From Alphaproteobacteria bacterium (lineage in GTDB: Bacteria; Pseudomonadota; Alphaproteobacteria; SP197), in NCBI GenBank assembly GCA_964291265.2, contig OZ219747.1, positions 2,016,001 to 2,080,000 of the forward strand: a stretch of DNA of 64,000 bases, read 5' to 3'. A program made the translations under genes and the position numbers. The notes beneath the pieces were generated by a model, which worked only from the letters and a program-made list of their open reading frames with translations, was not told the DNA's origin and did not search any database. Positions 1 to 10,612 of the stretch are shown here, in pieces. Each line of letters starts with the position of its first letter. Position 1 is the first letter of the stretch.

Positions 1-569
1 ATGAGGACGTCGCGGCACTCGGCGCCGGGCGCGTGTCCGCCCTTCATGAGAACCGCCGACGGCCCAAGATCGAGCAGCGATTCACCCTGCTCGCGCATCC
101 CGTCCATGGTCATGGCGACGGAAGACCCGAGGAGGCGTGCAGCCTCGGGAAGGTTGGGCGTCAACACGGCAGCAAGGGGAACAAGCTCTTCCACGAGCGC
201 CGAGACGGCCTCGTCGCGAAGCAGCGCATCTCCCGACTTCGCTACCATGACAGGGTCGAGGACCACCGGTGCATTCGATCCGGCGAGTTCGCGGGCGACG
301 GTCCGGATGATTCCGGGCGACGAAAGCATGCCGATCTTGATCGCTCCGACTTGGAAGTCGTCGAACACCGCCCGCATCTGCGCGGCCACGACGCCGGGGT
401 CGATTTCCGCCACGGCGGTGACGGCCACGGTGTTCTGTGCGGTGACCGCCGTGATGACACTGGTACCGTAGACCCCGAAAGAGGCGATCGTCTTGAGGTC
501 AGCCTGGATTCCGGCGCCTGCGCCGCTGTCGGAGCCGGCGATGGTCAACGCGACAGGTATCGTGGCCAC
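1..569 (-). CDS. thiD: Hydroxymethylpyrimidine/phosphomethylpyrimidine kinase (3' end outside the window)
   Basis: Minus-strand translation from GTG at 569 (GGAGGA RBS): [27 protein letters not shown]...[11 protein letters not shown]...LTPNLPEA...VLMKGGH. Not in the ORF track because it runs off the edge. Confidence 0.93.
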   Translation of the reverse strand, partial: MATIPVALTIAGSDSGAGAGIQADLKTIASFGVYGTSVITAVTAQNTVAVTAVAEIDPGVVAAQMRAVFDDFQVGAIKIGMLSSPGIIRTVARELAGSNAPVVLDPVMVAKSGDALLRDEAVSALVEELVPLAAVLTPNLPEAARLLGSSVAMTMDGMREQGESLLDLGPSAVLMKGGHAPGAECRDVL

Positions 570-635
570 ACCGAGTCCTCCGCTGTGCCATCCGGATCGG
601 GTGGCATGGGGCGGATGAGAACCGGGAGGCTTCTT

Positions 636-720
636 CCGTTTCCTACGCCGGCATGATCCGGGTCAGGTTCCACGGGTCGATCACTCTGGATCTCTCAGCT
701 CTCTTCGAGCCCCCCGACGG
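636..720 (-). ncRNA. TPP (thi-box) riboswitch upstream of thiD
   Basis: Minus strand reads CCGTCGGGGGGCTC..AGCTGAGA..GACCCGTGGAACCTGACCCGGATCATGCCGGCGTAGGAAACGG, containing the CTGAGA, ACCC, GAACCTGA and ATGCCGGCGTAGG consensus blocks. It sits directly 5' of a thiamine gene. Confidence 0.92.
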
Positions 721-844
721 ATACCTGCAAGATACCATCATCCGGCGGGGCGGGCAATGCTTCCGGACGTTGCCGTCGAGCGCCATGTTTCGACAGCCGC
801 GTCGATTCCACGGTCATGGACCGGCGGCACGGGTCCCTCGACGA

Positions 845-2383
845 TCAGTCGTCGGCCGTGGCGCCGCCTTCTTCCTTTCGCCGGCGGATGAAGGAGGTCA
901 GCTCCTCGGCAATGCCGGGGTCCATGTCGGGTGTCTCGTACTCGTCGAGAAGCTGGCGCCACACCCTGGCGGCCCGCCTTGTGGCGTCGACGGCGCCGTC
1001 GCTCTTCCAGGTCTCGAAGTTGCGCCAGTCCGAGAGAACCGGCTCGTAGAAGGCGGTTTCGTAGCGCTCGAGAGTATGGCGGGTGCCGAAGAAATGCCCC
1101 CCCGGACCGACATCGGCAATGGCGTCAACGGCGAGTTCGGGTTCCGAGAAGTCCACGGGCTCCAGGGCCTTGATCATGGTCTGGACCATCTCGAGATCTA
1201 TGGCGATCTTCTCGAACGAGGCGCTGAGCCCCCCCTCCATCCATCCGAAGCTGTGCATCACCATGTTGGTGTGACCCTGCACGGTCGCCCACAGCGACAT
1301 CGCGCTCTCGTAGGTCGCCTGGGCGTCCGGACAGTTGGCGGCATTGACGATGGATGAGCGGTAGGGCAGGGCGTAGTGTCGCGCCATCTGGCCGCCAAGG
1401 AGAACCGCCTTGACATACTCCGGCGTACCGAAGGCCGGAGACCCGGATTTCATGTCGACGTTGCTTGTAAAGCCGCCGTAGACCACGGGAGTGCCGGGGC
1501 CGACCGTCTGGCAGAAGGCGATGGCGGCAAGCGCCTCGGCGTTCTGCTGGGTCAGAGCGCCGGCCATGGTGACCGGCGCCATGGCGCCTGCGAGCGTGAA
1601 CGGTGTGACGACAATGACCTGGTTGCATCGCGCCATCTCGATCATGCCGAGCAACATGGGAATGTCCAGCTGCAGGGGGGAGTTGCAGTTGACGACCGTC
1701 CAGATGCTGGGCTCCTCGAGGAGCACCGCCTCGCTGATGCCGCGGGCGATGCGGACCATGTCGATGGCATCCCTGATCTTGCGCCGGCCGAGCGAGTAGC
1801 CGAAGGCGATCTTGTCGGTCAGGAAGAGCTGCTCGCCAACGATGTCGAGATAACGGATATCGGGATCAACCTCGACGGGCTCCAGCATGGGCGTACAGCC
1901 GTGCACCGCATTGATGACCTGTGCGAGACGCAGCAGGTTGCGATAGTCCCCGAGATTGCCTGCCCGTCGACCGCCCTCGAGATCGGAGACATTCGGATTG
2001 CCGGCGACGGGGAAGAAGTTGATGTGGTTGCCCCCCATGATCCGGCTTCGCGCCGGATTGCGGGCATGGAGAGTCCATTGCCGCGGCGCCCGGGCGACGG
2101 CTTCCTCGATGAAGCCGCGTTCGAACCGCACACGGTTCTCGCCCGGTGTGACGGCGACACCGGCGTCACGGAGAATGTCGCGGGCCTCTTCGAGGAGGAT
2201 GTTGATCCCCGTTTCCTCGAGAACGCGCATCGAGGCGTCGTGGATGGCCTCGACATCGTCGGGACCGGCGATGTCCAGGGCCGGGTAGGGATTGCGCACG
2301 ACGGTCCACGGCAGCTGCGGCACCTTCCGGGATCCCTTGCGTTCCTTCCTTCTGCCGGCGGCCTGCCGCCGTGATCGCCGCAT
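845..2383 (-). CDS. Trimethylamine methyltransferase (MttB) family protein, non-pyrrolysine
   Basis: IHDASMRVLEETG, NCNSPLQLD, GAMAPVTMAGAL, FTSNVDMKSGSPAFGTPE, VGPGGHFFG motifs; GGAGGAG RBS. Confidence 0.9.
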   Translation of the reverse strand: MRRSRRQAAGRRKERKGSRKVPQLPWTVVRNPYPALDIAGPDDVEAIHDASMRVLEETGINILLEEARDILRDAGVAVTPGENRVRFERGFIEEAVARAPRQWTLHARNPARSRIMGGNHINFFPVAGNPNVSDLEGGRRAGNLGDYRNLLRLAQVINAVHGCTPMLEPVEVDPDIRYLDIVGEQLFLTDKIAFGYSLGRRKIRDAIDMVRIARGISEAVLLEEPSIWTVVNCNSPLQLDIPMLLGMIEMARCNQVIVVTPFTLAGAMAPVTMAGALTQQNAEALAAIAFCQTVGPGTPVVYGGFTSNVDMKSGSPAFGTPEYVKAVLLGGQMARHYALPYRSSIVNAANCPDAQATYESAMSLWATVQGHTNMVMHSFGWMEGGLSASFEKIAIDLEMVQTMIKALEPVDFSEPELAVDAIADVGPGGHFFGTRHTLERYETAFYEPVLSDWRNFETWKSDGAVDATRRAARVWRQLLDEYETPDMDPGIAEELTSFIRRRKEEGGATADD

Positions 2384-2466
2384 CACGCTCCTCCGGCCTT
2401 CAAAACGAAAAGCGCCGGCAGCAACAGCCGCCGGCGCTTGCCCGGGTCGTCGAGCGACCTGATCAA

Positions 2467-4065
2467 TCAGGCCCTGCTCTCGTCGATCCAGATCTCCTCG
2501 TAAGGCCATCCGGCGCCGCCCGCGAAGGCGGAACTGCCGTGAAAGTTCCGGATGCGCGAGGTGGTCGCCTCGATGTAGTTCGTGAAGAACGGCAGGAACA
2601 GTCCACCGTCGTCGTGCAGCAGGGTGCACGCCTCGCAGTAGATTTCCAGGCGCTTGGCATCGTCCGTCTCCAGTCGCCCCATGACGAGCAGTTCGTCGAA
2701 CCGTTCGTTGCACCAGAACGTTTCGTTCCAGGACCCGCCGCAGGCATGGGCGATCGTCAGGATCGAATCGGCGGTTGGTCGGGAATTCCAGCCGGTCGCG
2801 CAGAACGGCACCTGCATCCAGGTATGGCTCCAGTAGCCATCATCGGGCACACGATTGAGTTCGATGGGAATGCCCGCCTCGCGTGCGTGCTCCTGGAGAA
2901 TGGTGCTGGCGTCGATGGCGTTCGAATGCGCCGCATTCGAGACGGCAAGCTCGATCGACGAGAGACCGGTCTTGTCCCAGTGCCACCTAGCCTTTTCCGG
3001 ATCGTAGTTGTGCTGCGGGATGGCGTCACAGTACGTCGGCAGCCCCGGATTGACCGGGAAATCGTTGCCGATCCGGCCATGCCCGACCATCACCTTGTCG
3101 ACGACGACATTCCGGTCGACGGCGTGTTTCATCGCCAGGCGCAGGTTGAGATCGTCCGTGGGCGCCCTGTCGACTGCCATGATCCAGGCAAACCAGGAAC
3201 CCGACGGGGTCGAGTGGACCCTGACTCCGGGATTCTGACCCAGCAGCGAGGTGATACGGGGTTCGATATTGATGTCGATGTCGATGTCACCGGCCTGCAG
3301 GGCGCTCGAGCGTGCCGCGTTGTCGGGAATTCCCTGGGTGATGAAGGTCGAGACGTGTCCGGCATCCGGGTTCCAGTAGTTCTCGTTCTTCTCGGCGATC
3401 GAGGCCAGTCCCGGCGTGAACTCCACGAGCCTGTAGGGTCCGGTGCCGACAACGGGGTCGCCGTCCTTCCAGCCTTCCTTGACGATCGACGTGTGGTAGT
3501 CGTGTCCCAGGGTGACCGGGAAGTCGGCATTGCCCGAATCGAGCGTGATCCTGACGACGTCGGGACCATCGGCCCGCATGTCCACGATCGGCGCCAGCAG
3601 GGGCTTGGAGGGTGATTCGGAGCCTTCCTTGATGTGTTCGCCAAGAGAATAGATGACATCGTCTGCCGTCAGGGTCTTTCCGTCGTGGAATTCGACTCCC
3701 TGGCGCAGCTTGAACGTCCACTCGGACGCCTGGTTGGCCGCTTCCCATTCTGCTGCAAGGTTGGGAACGACGTTCATATCGCGGTCAAGGTTGGTCAACC
3801 GGTTGTAGACCTGGTAGGCACGCTGAATGTCCGTGCTGTTGGTCATCTTTGTGGGATCGTAGGTCTCTTCGGCGCCGGTGTACTCCGGGCCGATGCGGAC
3901 CTCACCGCCCTTCATCGGCGTTTCGGCGATGCCGGCGCTGCCCAGCATGGTCGTTGCCGCAGTCACTCCGACTCCGAGTTGACCGGCACGACCGATGAAC
4001 TCCCGGCGGTCAAGGCGACCGGCCCGGATCTCGTCAATCATCCAGTCGAGTTGTTGTTGGCTCAT
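2467..4065 (-). CDS. ABC transporter substrate-binding protein, family 5 (peptide/oligopeptide), Tat signal
   Basis: DRREFIG twin-arginine leader; PNLAAEWE...WTFKLRQGVEFHDGKTLTADDV; GTGPY. Confidence 0.92.
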   Translation of the reverse strand: MSQQQLDWMIDEIRAGRLDRREFIGRAGQLGVGVTAATTMLGSAGIAETPMKGGEVRIGPEYTGAEETYDPTKMTNSTDIQRAYQVYNRLTNLDRDMNVVPNLAAEWEAANQASEWTFKLRQGVEFHDGKTLTADDVIYSLGEHIKEGSESPSKPLLAPIVDMRADGPDVVRITLDSGNADFPVTLGHDYHTSIVKEGWKDGDPVVGTGPYRLVEFTPGLASIAEKNENYWNPDAGHVSTFITQGIPDNAARSSALQAGDIDIDINIEPRITSLLGQNPGVRVHSTPSGSWFAWIMAVDRAPTDDLNLRLAMKHAVDRNVVVDKVMVGHGRIGNDFPVNPGLPTYCDAIPQHNYDPEKARWHWDKTGLSSIELAVSNAAHSNAIDASTILQEHAREAGIPIELNRVPDDGYWSHTWMQVPFCATGWNSRPTADSILTIAHACGGSWNETFWCNERFDELLVMGRLETDDAKRLEIYCEACTLLHDDGGLFLPFFTNYIEATTSRIRNFHGSSAFAGGAGWPYEEIWIDESRA

Positions 4066-4179
4066 GTTGGCGCTCTCCCTCAGCAGTTTTCGTTCATCGA
4101 CATGCCCGTTGTGAGCATGCATGCAAGGTTCAAACCTACTCTGCGTCGGACCTCAAGGGAAGCTCTCCTGGACCAGAGG

Positions 4180-4213
4180 GTCCCTTCGTGCCCGGCTTCG
4201 CCGGGGAAGGGAC
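4180..4213. terminator. GC-rich hairpin between the PPTase and SBP genes (terminator or REP-like)
   Basis: GTCCCTTC-gtg-CCCGGC-ttc-GCCGGG-GAAGGGAC; no clear U-tract on the minus strand. Confidence 0.35.
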
Positions 4214-4296
4214 TTCTTGCGGCCGTGGCAGGAATCGAGGGCGGGCCATGGTCCCGGAAGACTGTCCGGCAGGATGATGGCGTGGTTCCCGGAGAA

Positions 4297-5010
4297 TCAG
4301 GGGACGGGCCTGCAGGCCAGGGCGGCGGCGAATCGTTCCTCTCCGAGATCGATGAGGTTAAGGGGCGGTGAGGGATCTCCCGGAAACCGGAAGAGGCACG
4401 CGGGCGCGCCGTCGAGCACCGTTTCGGGGATCTCGAACCGGGATGGACCCAACGACAGGCCGGTGCCGATGGCCTTGAGCAGTGCTTCCTTCATGGTCCA
4501 CAGGCGGTAGAAGAGGTGGAGGCGTGCCGTGCCGGAGACGCGGGCCAGCCGCTGGCGTTCCAGCGGTCCGTACACCCGGCCGGTGAGTTCCGCGAAGTCG
4601 CGGTGCGGGGAGCGTTCCTGCACATCGACACCGAGATCGTCATGTCCGCCGATGGCGATCAGGCCGTGACCGCCGCTGTGCGAAACACTGAAGCCGATGG
4701 AGGAATGCCTGCCGCCGATGATGGCAAAGGGCTTGCCGTGGTCCAGGTGACCGAATGAGAGATCATCCGCGCAACAACCGGCATGCTCGGCCAGACTGAC
4801 GCGCAGGGCCGCCCGGCACAGGGCAAACGCGCTCCGGGCCCCTGCCGACAGGGAGCGTTGCCACCGCGCCCGTTCGGCGTCGTCGAGCAGGGCGACGGCA
4901 TGTTCCTCGCGTCCTGGGGAGGGGGCGAGATCCACATGGAGAATGGTCGTGTTCTCCACCGCGCACCAGGGACTCCACCACCGGTCTACCGTCGTGCCAG
5001 GTTCAGTCAT
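4297..5010 (-). CDS. Sfp-type 4'-phosphopantetheinyl transferase
   Basis: HGKP, FSVSHSG, LGVDVQ and FYRLWTMKEALLKAIGTGL motifs; start overlaps the speB stop. Confidence 0.9.
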   Translation of the reverse strand: MTEPGTTVDRWWSPWCAVENTTILHVDLAPSPGREEHAVALLDDAERARWQRSLSAGARSAFALCRAALRVSLAEHAGCCADDLSFGHLDHGKPFAIIGGRHSSIGFSVSHSGGHGLIAIGGHDDLGVDVQERSPHRDFAELTGRVYGPLERQRLARVSGTARLHLFYRLWTMKEALLKAIGTGLSLGPSRFEIPETVLDGAPACLFRFPGDPSPPLNLIDLGEERFAAALACRPVP

Positions 5011-5962
5011 CCCGCCGCCCCACCCGGTCGGCGAGGAGGCACAGGATCTCGAACATGAAGGTAGCCCCGACCAGCGCCGTGTTTCCGCTGGGATCGAAGG
5101 GCGGGGCCACCTCGACCACGTCGCCACCCACGAGATCGAGACCCTGGAGACCCCTCACCACTTCCTGGGCCTCGCGCGTTGTCATGCCGCCGATCTCGGG
5201 CGTGCCGGTACCCGGCGCAAACGCCGGATCAAGTCCGTCAACGTCGAAGCTGATGTAGGTTGGACCATCTCCGACCACGCGGCGCGCTTCCTGGACGACC
5301 TGTTCCGGGCCCCTTGCGGTGAATTCCTCCATGTAGATGACGCGCATGCCGCTCTCTTCGGCGAAGGCCATGTCGCCGGCGCCGTAGATCGACCCGCGGA
5401 TACCGATCTGAACGGTGCGTCGGGGATCGAGAAGGCCCTCCTCGACAGCTCGCCTGAAGGGGGTGCCATGGGTGTAGGGATTGTCGCCGAAGTAACGGTC
5501 GTTGGTGTCGCTGTGGGCATCGAAGTGCACCATGCCGACGGGACGGTCGCCGGCGATGGCGCGCATGATCGGCAGGGTGATCAGGTGGTCGCCGCCGGCG
5601 GACAGCGGCAGGGCGCCTGCCAGGTCGATCGTCCGGTAGAATCGCTCGATCCGTTCGAGGGAGTCCATGAGGTCGATGGGATTGACCGGGCAGTCGCCGA
5701 GATCCGCCACCTGGGCAAGGTCATAGGGCGCGAGGCGCGAGACATGGTGGACCTTGCGCAACAGGCTCGACTGGTTGCGGATTTCGCGTGGTCCGTGACG
5801 GGCGCCGGCACGGTTGGTCGTGCCGCCATCCCAGGGAACGCCGACGAGGGCGATGTCGAGACCGTCCGCATGGCGCACGTGGGGCAGGCGCATGAATGTC
5901 GGAATGTCGCCGAATCGCGGTACAAGGGATGCATCGACGGGTTGATTGTGGTCCTGAACCAT
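5003..5962 (-). CDS. speB: Agmatinase / ureohydrolase
   Basis: GGDHLIT, HFDAHSD, HGTPF and SFDVDGLDPAFAPGTGTP motifs. Confidence 0.88.
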   Translation of the reverse strand: MVQDHNQPVDASLVPRFGDIPTFMRLPHVRHADGLDIALVGVPWDGGTTNRAGARHGPREIRNQSSLLRKVHHVSRLAPYDLAQVADLGDCPVNPIDLMDSLERIERFYRTIDLAGALPLSAGGDHLITLPIMRAIAGDRPVGMVHFDAHSDTNDRYFGDNPYTHGTPFRRAVEEGLLDPRRTVQIGIRGSIYGAGDMAFAEESGMRVIYMEEFTARGPEQVVQEARRVVGDGPTYISFDVDGLDPAFAPGTGTPEIGGMTTREAQEVVRGLQGLDLVGGDVVEVAPPFDPSGNTALVGATFMFEILCLLADRVGRRDD

Positions 5963-6090
5963 GCCGCGATACTCCCCGAACGGTGGGCCAAGCTTGGCGC
6001 GAAGAACGTGACGCCGCAAGCCGCCATGCCTTGATCGCCCCGGTGCGTCGCGACACACTCCGGCGGGCTGACAACGGGGCGCGAGGATCG

Positions 6091-8454
6091 ATGAGCGGAC
6101 GCGAAGAGAACATCAAGTACCTTGTCACCGACCTTCCGGGATTTCCCGACTCCGAACTTGCCGGTATCAGCAATCGGCTCTTCGGCGTCGAGGGTGAGTA
6201 CCGTCCGCTCGACTCGGACCGGGATCAGAACTTCCTTCTCACAAGCGGCGATGATCGCTGGGTCCTGAAGTTTCACCATCCGGAGGAAGAGGCGTCCGTC
6301 GTCGATTTCCAGAACGCCGCGCTTCGCCACATCGCCGCCACGGCCCCGGACATCCTCGTGCCGGAGGTGGTGCCCACCCTCACTGGCGAGCCCTTTGCCA
6401 GAGTCACGGCACCCGATGGCCGCGAGAGCATCGTGCGCCTCCTGACCTGGGTTCCGGGATCGAGCGTCGATTCGTTCCCCTCGACGCGCCGGCAGCGCCG
6501 CGGGCTGGGGGTCCTGGTGGCGCGCCTCGACCGAGCGCTGGAGGGATTCTTCCACCCGGCCGCCCGGCATACCCTGCTGTGGGACATCCGGCAGGCGCCA
6601 AGGCTGCGCGTCCACACAGGGGACATCGCGCAACCGTCCTCGCGTCAACTCGTGGAAACCGCGCTCGACCGTTTCATGCGCAACGTCCTGCCGTGCTGGA
6701 ATCACTTCCGCAGCCAGGTGATTCACAATGACGCCAACCGGAACAATGTCGTCGCCCATGAGGACACGCCGGATGAACCCGACGGCGTGATTGACTTCGG
6801 CGACATGATGCATGGCCCCGTGGCATGCGAACTTGCCCTGGCCTGCGACAACCATGCCCTTGGCTCGGACCGGCCCCTGGAAGACATCATCGATGTGGCG
6901 ATCGGGTTCGATTCGGTTCTCGCCCTGCGGGAAGACGAGGTCGACGCGCTCTTCGACATGATCGCCGCCCGCCTTGCCATCGGCGCCGTGATCGTGGCGC
7001 GAAGGGCCGTGGCACGCCTTGGCTCTCCTCCTTACATGCCCGGATACGATCTCGACGTCTTTGCAGCCCTCGACATCATGTTCCAGACCGGCCCTGACAA
7101 GGCCACGGCGGCATTCCGCGATGCGCTGCGCATGCCGCATCGTTGTCCGAAGGGCACGGTGACGACGCCGGAGTCGGATGCGCTTGAGGGAGAGCTTGAA
7201 CGGCGTTACCGGTATCTCGGGCGGAATCTGACGCTCTTCTATCGAAAGCCCCTGCATGTCGAGAGGGGCGAGGGCGCCATTCTCTACGACGCCAATGGCC
7301 GCGCCTTCATCGACGCCTACAACAACGTCGCCAGTGTCGGCCACTGCCATCCGCACGTGGTCAACGCCATATCCCGCCAGGCGGGGGCACTCGGCACCAA
7401 CACGCGCTACGTCTACCGTGTTCTCGCCGACTATGCCGAAAGGCTGCAGGCGACGATGCCCGACCATCTCACCTCTTCGATCATGGTGAACTCGGGAAGC
7501 GAGGCCAACGACATCGCCTGGCGAATCGCCACCCTGCTCACCGGCCGGCGCGGCGGCATTGTCATGGAGGATGCCTATCACGGAATCACCGAGGCGATCA
7601 GTCACCTTTCGCCGGAACGGCCCGAGGCGGTGGCGCCGCATGTGCGCACGCTGATGTCACCGGATCCCTACCGCAACCGCGTTGAAGGGAAGGAGGATCC
7701 CGCCGCCATTTACGCCGCCGATGCTGACCGGGCCATCCGCGAGCTCGATGAGGCGGGTTTCGGAACGGCCTGCTTCATGATCGATACCTCCTTCTGCTCC
7801 AACGGTATTCCCGACGTGCCCGCCGGGTACCTGCAGGACGTTGCGGCGCGGGTGCGCTCCGCCGGCGGCATGATCATTGCAGACGAAGTGCAGTATGGCT
7901 TCGGCCGTCCAGGCACACACATGTGGGGATTCGATCGCCACGGGATGAAGCCGGACATCGTCACCCTGGGCAAGCCGGTGGGTGACGGCTTTCCTCTCGG
8001 CGTGGTCGTGACCACCGCCGAGATTCTCGAGGAGTTCTCCAGGGCATCGGGTCTCTTCTCGACATTCGGCGGCAATCCGGTAGCCTGTGCGGCCGGCATT
8101 GCCGTGCTCGATGTTCTCGAACGCGAGGAGTTGCTGGAGAATGCCCGAACCACCGGCGGCTACCTCAAGGAGGGCCTCGAGGATCTGAAGGACCGCCATC
8201 CCATGCTCGGGGACGTGCGTGGCCACGGCTTCATCACGGGAGTCGAGATCGTCGAGGACCGCGATACCCGGGAGCCGGACGCCGAAGGCATGGCGGCAGT
8301 GCAGAACCGGATGCGGGAACTCGGAGTGCTCGTTGGCAGGGAGGGGCGGTTCGGCAATGTCTTCAAGATCCGGCCGCCCATGATCTTCCGGCGCAGACAC
8401 GCCGATGCGCTGATCGCGGCGATGGACCAGGCGATGAACGAACTGGGGAGATGA
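6091..8454 (+). CDS. Fused phosphotransferase (APH/hydroxylysine kinase-like) and class III PLP aminotransferase/phospho-lyase
   Basis: N-terminal DRDQNF, VIHNDANRNN, VIDFGD; C-terminal NSGSEAND, IADEVQYGFGR, VTLGKPVG, STFGGNP. Confidence 0.88.
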   Translation: MSGREENIKYLVTDLPGFPDSELAGISNRLFGVEGEYRPLDSDRDQNFLLTSGDDRWVLKFHHPEEEASVVDFQNAALRHIAATAPDILVPEVVPTLTGEPFARVTAPDGRESIVRLLTWVPGSSVDSFPSTRRQRRGLGVLVARLDRALEGFFHPAARHTLLWDIRQAPRLRVHTGDIAQPSSRQLVETALDRFMRNVLPCWNHFRSQVIHNDANRNNVVAHEDTPDEPDGVIDFGDMMHGPVACELALACDNHALGSDRPLEDIIDVAIGFDSVLALREDEVDALFDMIAARLAIGAVIVARRAVARLGSPPYMPGYDLDVFAALDIMFQTGPDKATAAFRDALRMPHRCPKGTVTTPESDALEGELERRYRYLGRNLTLFYRKPLHVERGEGAILYDANGRAFIDAYNNVASVGHCHPHVVNAISRQAGALGTNTRYVYRVLADYAERLQATMPDHLTSSIMVNSGSEANDIAWRIATLLTGRRGGIVMEDAYHGITEAISHLSPERPEAVAPHVRTLMSPDPYRNRVEGKEDPAAIYAADADRAIRELDEAGFGTACFMIDTSFCSNGIPDVPAGYLQDVAARVRSAGGMIIADEVQYGFGRPGTHMWGFDRHGMKPDIVTLGKPVGDGFPLGVVVTTAEILEEFSRASGLFSTFGGNPVACAAGIAVLDVLEREELLENARTTGGYLKEGLEDLKDRHPMLGDVRGHGFITGVEIVEDRDTREPDAEGMAAVQNRMRELGVLVGREGRFGNVFKIRPPMIFRRRHADALIAAMDQAMNELGR

Positions 8455-8458
8455 CACG

Positions 8459-8848
8459 ATGTTCAGTCACATCACACTCGGCACCAATGACCTGGAACGC
8501 GCCCTGCAGTTCTACGACGCCATACTCGAGCCACTGGGAATCGTCCGGTTGCTTTCGTCATCCGAGTACGGGTTCGCCGGCTATGGGCATCCCGGCGAGA
8601 GGTCCGGCTTCTTTGTCTGCCTGCCGTTCAACAAGAGGGAAGCCACGGCGGGGAACGGCACTCACGCAGCCTTCCTCGCGTCTTCAAGGGAGGCGGTTGA
8701 CGCCTTCCATGCATGCGGACTCGCGCTTGGGGCCACGGACGAAGGCGCACCGGGCCCGCGGCCTCACTACCACGAGCATTACTATGGCGCCTACCTGCGC
8801 GATCACGACGGCAACAAGCTTCAGGCCTGTTGTCATGCTCCGGCCTGA
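8459..8848 (+). CDS. VOC/glyoxalase family protein
   Basis: HITLGTNDL...GNGTHAAF...GAPGPRPHY...YYGAYLRDHDGNKL. Confidence 0.9.
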   Translation: MFSHITLGTNDLERALQFYDAILEPLGIVRLLSSSEYGFAGYGHPGERSGFFVCLPFNKREATAGNGTHAAFLASSREAVDAFHACGLALGATDEGAPGPRPHYHEHYYGAYLRDHDGNKLQACCHAPA

Positions 8849-9855
8849 AACGGCATGGGCGCGGCGATATCCTGCCGTTCAGCCGGCGCCTGACGCCTGT
8901 CCTCGACGCGTCCCAGGACATCCTTGATCGTGGTCACGTCCGCTGACGGCCTCGAGGTCCACTCGGTGAGCAGGCGGCGCCAGGTCCTTGCACCCGGTTC
9001 TCCGTGATAGAGACCGGTCATATGACGGCTCATGCGGGCCAGGGGCACGCCCCTGGCCAGATGTTCCTCGAGATAGGGCAGCCACGACAGGACGATTCCG
9101 CTGCGTTCCCTGGGCGGTTCATCGATGCCGAAGATCAGCCGGTCGGCCTCGGCCAGCATGTAGGGTGTCCGGTAGGCGGCTCGACCGATCATCACGCCAT
9201 CGACATGCGCGAGATGGTGCGATGCCGAGGCGAGATCCCGGATACCGCCGTTGGTGATGATGGCGAAGTCGGGAAACCGGCGCTTGCTGTCGTGGACGAC
9301 ATCATGCCGCAGCGGCGGCACCTCGCGGTTTGCCTTCGGCGACAGGCCGTCGAGGTAGGCCTTGCGGGCATGCACGATGAAGGTCGCGCATCCGCCTTGC
9401 GCCACCGTGCCCATGAAGGTTGCGAGTGTCTCGTCCTCGTGCATGGCGTCGATGCCGATGCGGCACTTGACCGTGACCGGCACGCTGACCGCATCGCGCA
9501 TGGCCGCCACGCAGGCGGTCACGAGATCGGCATGGGCCATCAATGCGGCGCCGAACCGGCCGGACCGGACCCTGCTGGAGGGGCAGCCGACATTGAGATT
9601 GATCTCGTCATAGCCGAAGTCCTCGCCAATGCGCGATGCAGAGGCCAGCGTCACCGGGTCGCAGCCGCCGAGCTGCAGGGCCACGGGGTGTTCTGTCTCG
9701 TCGAAGGCGAGCAGGCGTTGGCGGTCCCCGTGCAGCACCGCGTCGGCGACGATCATCTCCGTGTAGAGGCGGGCATGTTTCGTGACACACCTCAGAAAGG
9801 CGCGGCCGTGACGGTCCGTGCAGTTCATCATCGGTGCCACAGACAGTTCATGCAT
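8833..9855 (-). CDS. dusA: tRNA dihydrouridine(20/20a) synthase
   Basis: VAPMM, ALQLGG, EINLNVGCPS, VTVKCRIG, IVHARKA, NGGI, GVMIGRAAY. Confidence 0.93.
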   Translation of the reverse strand: MHELSVAPMMNCTDRHGRAFLRCVTKHARLYTEMIVADAVLHGDRQRLLAFDETEHPVALQLGGCDPVTLASASRIGEDFGYDEINLNVGCPSSRVRSGRFGAALMAHADLVTACVAAMRDAVSVPVTVKCRIGIDAMHEDETLATFMGTVAQGGCATFIVHARKAYLDGLSPKANREVPPLRHDVVHDSKRRFPDFAIITNGGIRDLASASHHLAHVDGVMIGRAAYRTPYMLAEADRLIFGIDEPPRERSGIVLSWLPYLEEHLARGVPLARMSRHMTGLYHGEPGARTWRRLLTEWTSRPSADVTTIKDVLGRVEDRRQAPAERQDIAAPMPFQAGA

Positions 9856-9962
9856 GGATCGTGTCATGTGTCCGTGTCGGCAGGTCATGTAGCACAGGCC
9901 GGGTGTCCGGTTCGACATCTCCGTCGCGGGCATGCCGCAGGAGGCGGAATCGGAACGCGTCC

Positions 9963-9992
9963 CTTGATCCACGGTGATCGGGTGCCACATAG
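9963..9992 (+). promoter_or_regulatory. Possible RpoH (sigma-32) promoter of hslVU
   Basis: CTTG-N18-CCACATAG about 30 bp before the hslV ATG, resembling the alphaproteobacterial RpoH consensus. Confidence 0.4.
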
Positions 9993-10021
9993 CTACTCAT
10001 GGCACCGGCACTGGAACCCTG

Positions 10022-10570
10022 ATGGCGAACTCTCCCTGGCACGGCACCACCATCCTCTCGGTGCGTCGCGATGACCGTGTCGTCGTGGCCGGTGACGGCC
10101 AGGTGTCCATGGGCGACACCGTGGTCAAGGCCAACGCCGTCAAGGTCCGGCGGCTGGGGGCGGGTTCCATTCTGGCCGGATTCGCAGGCGCGACGGCCGA
10201 TGCCTTCACCCTGTTCGAACGACTCGAGGAAAAACTCGAACGCCATCCCGGGCAGCTGGCGAGATCCTGCGTCGAGCTCGCCAAGGACTGGCGCACCGAC
10301 CGTTATCTCAGGCGTCTGGAGGCCCTGATGGCGGTTGCCGACCGGTCTGTCTCTCTCATCGTTTCGGGCACCGGCGATGTTCTGGAACCCGAAGACGGTC
10401 TGATCGGAATCGGGTCGGGCGGCAACTACGCCCTTGCGGCGGCACGCGCACTCCTTGCGGTTGATGGAATCCCGGCCGAAGAGGTCGCCCGCCGGAGTCT
10501 GGAGATCGCAGCCGATATCTGCATCTACACCAACCGCCATGTCACCCTGGAGGTGCTGGATGCAGGGTGA
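10022..10570 (+). CDS. hslV: ATP-dependent protease peptidase subunit
   Basis: [43 protein letters not shown]. Confidence 0.97.
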   Translation: MANSPWHGTTILSVRRDDRVVVAGDGQVSMGDTVVKANAVKVRRLGAGSILAGFAGATADAFTLFERLEEKLERHPGQLARSCVELAKDWRTDRYLRRLEALMAVADRSVSLIVSGTGDVLEPEDGLIGIGSGGNYALAAARALLAVDGIPAEEVARRSLEIAADICIYTNRHVTLEVLDAG

Positions 10571-10612
10571 CTGTCCTTGTCAGTCTCCTGCGAGGATTGC
10601 ACGGAGGCCGTG

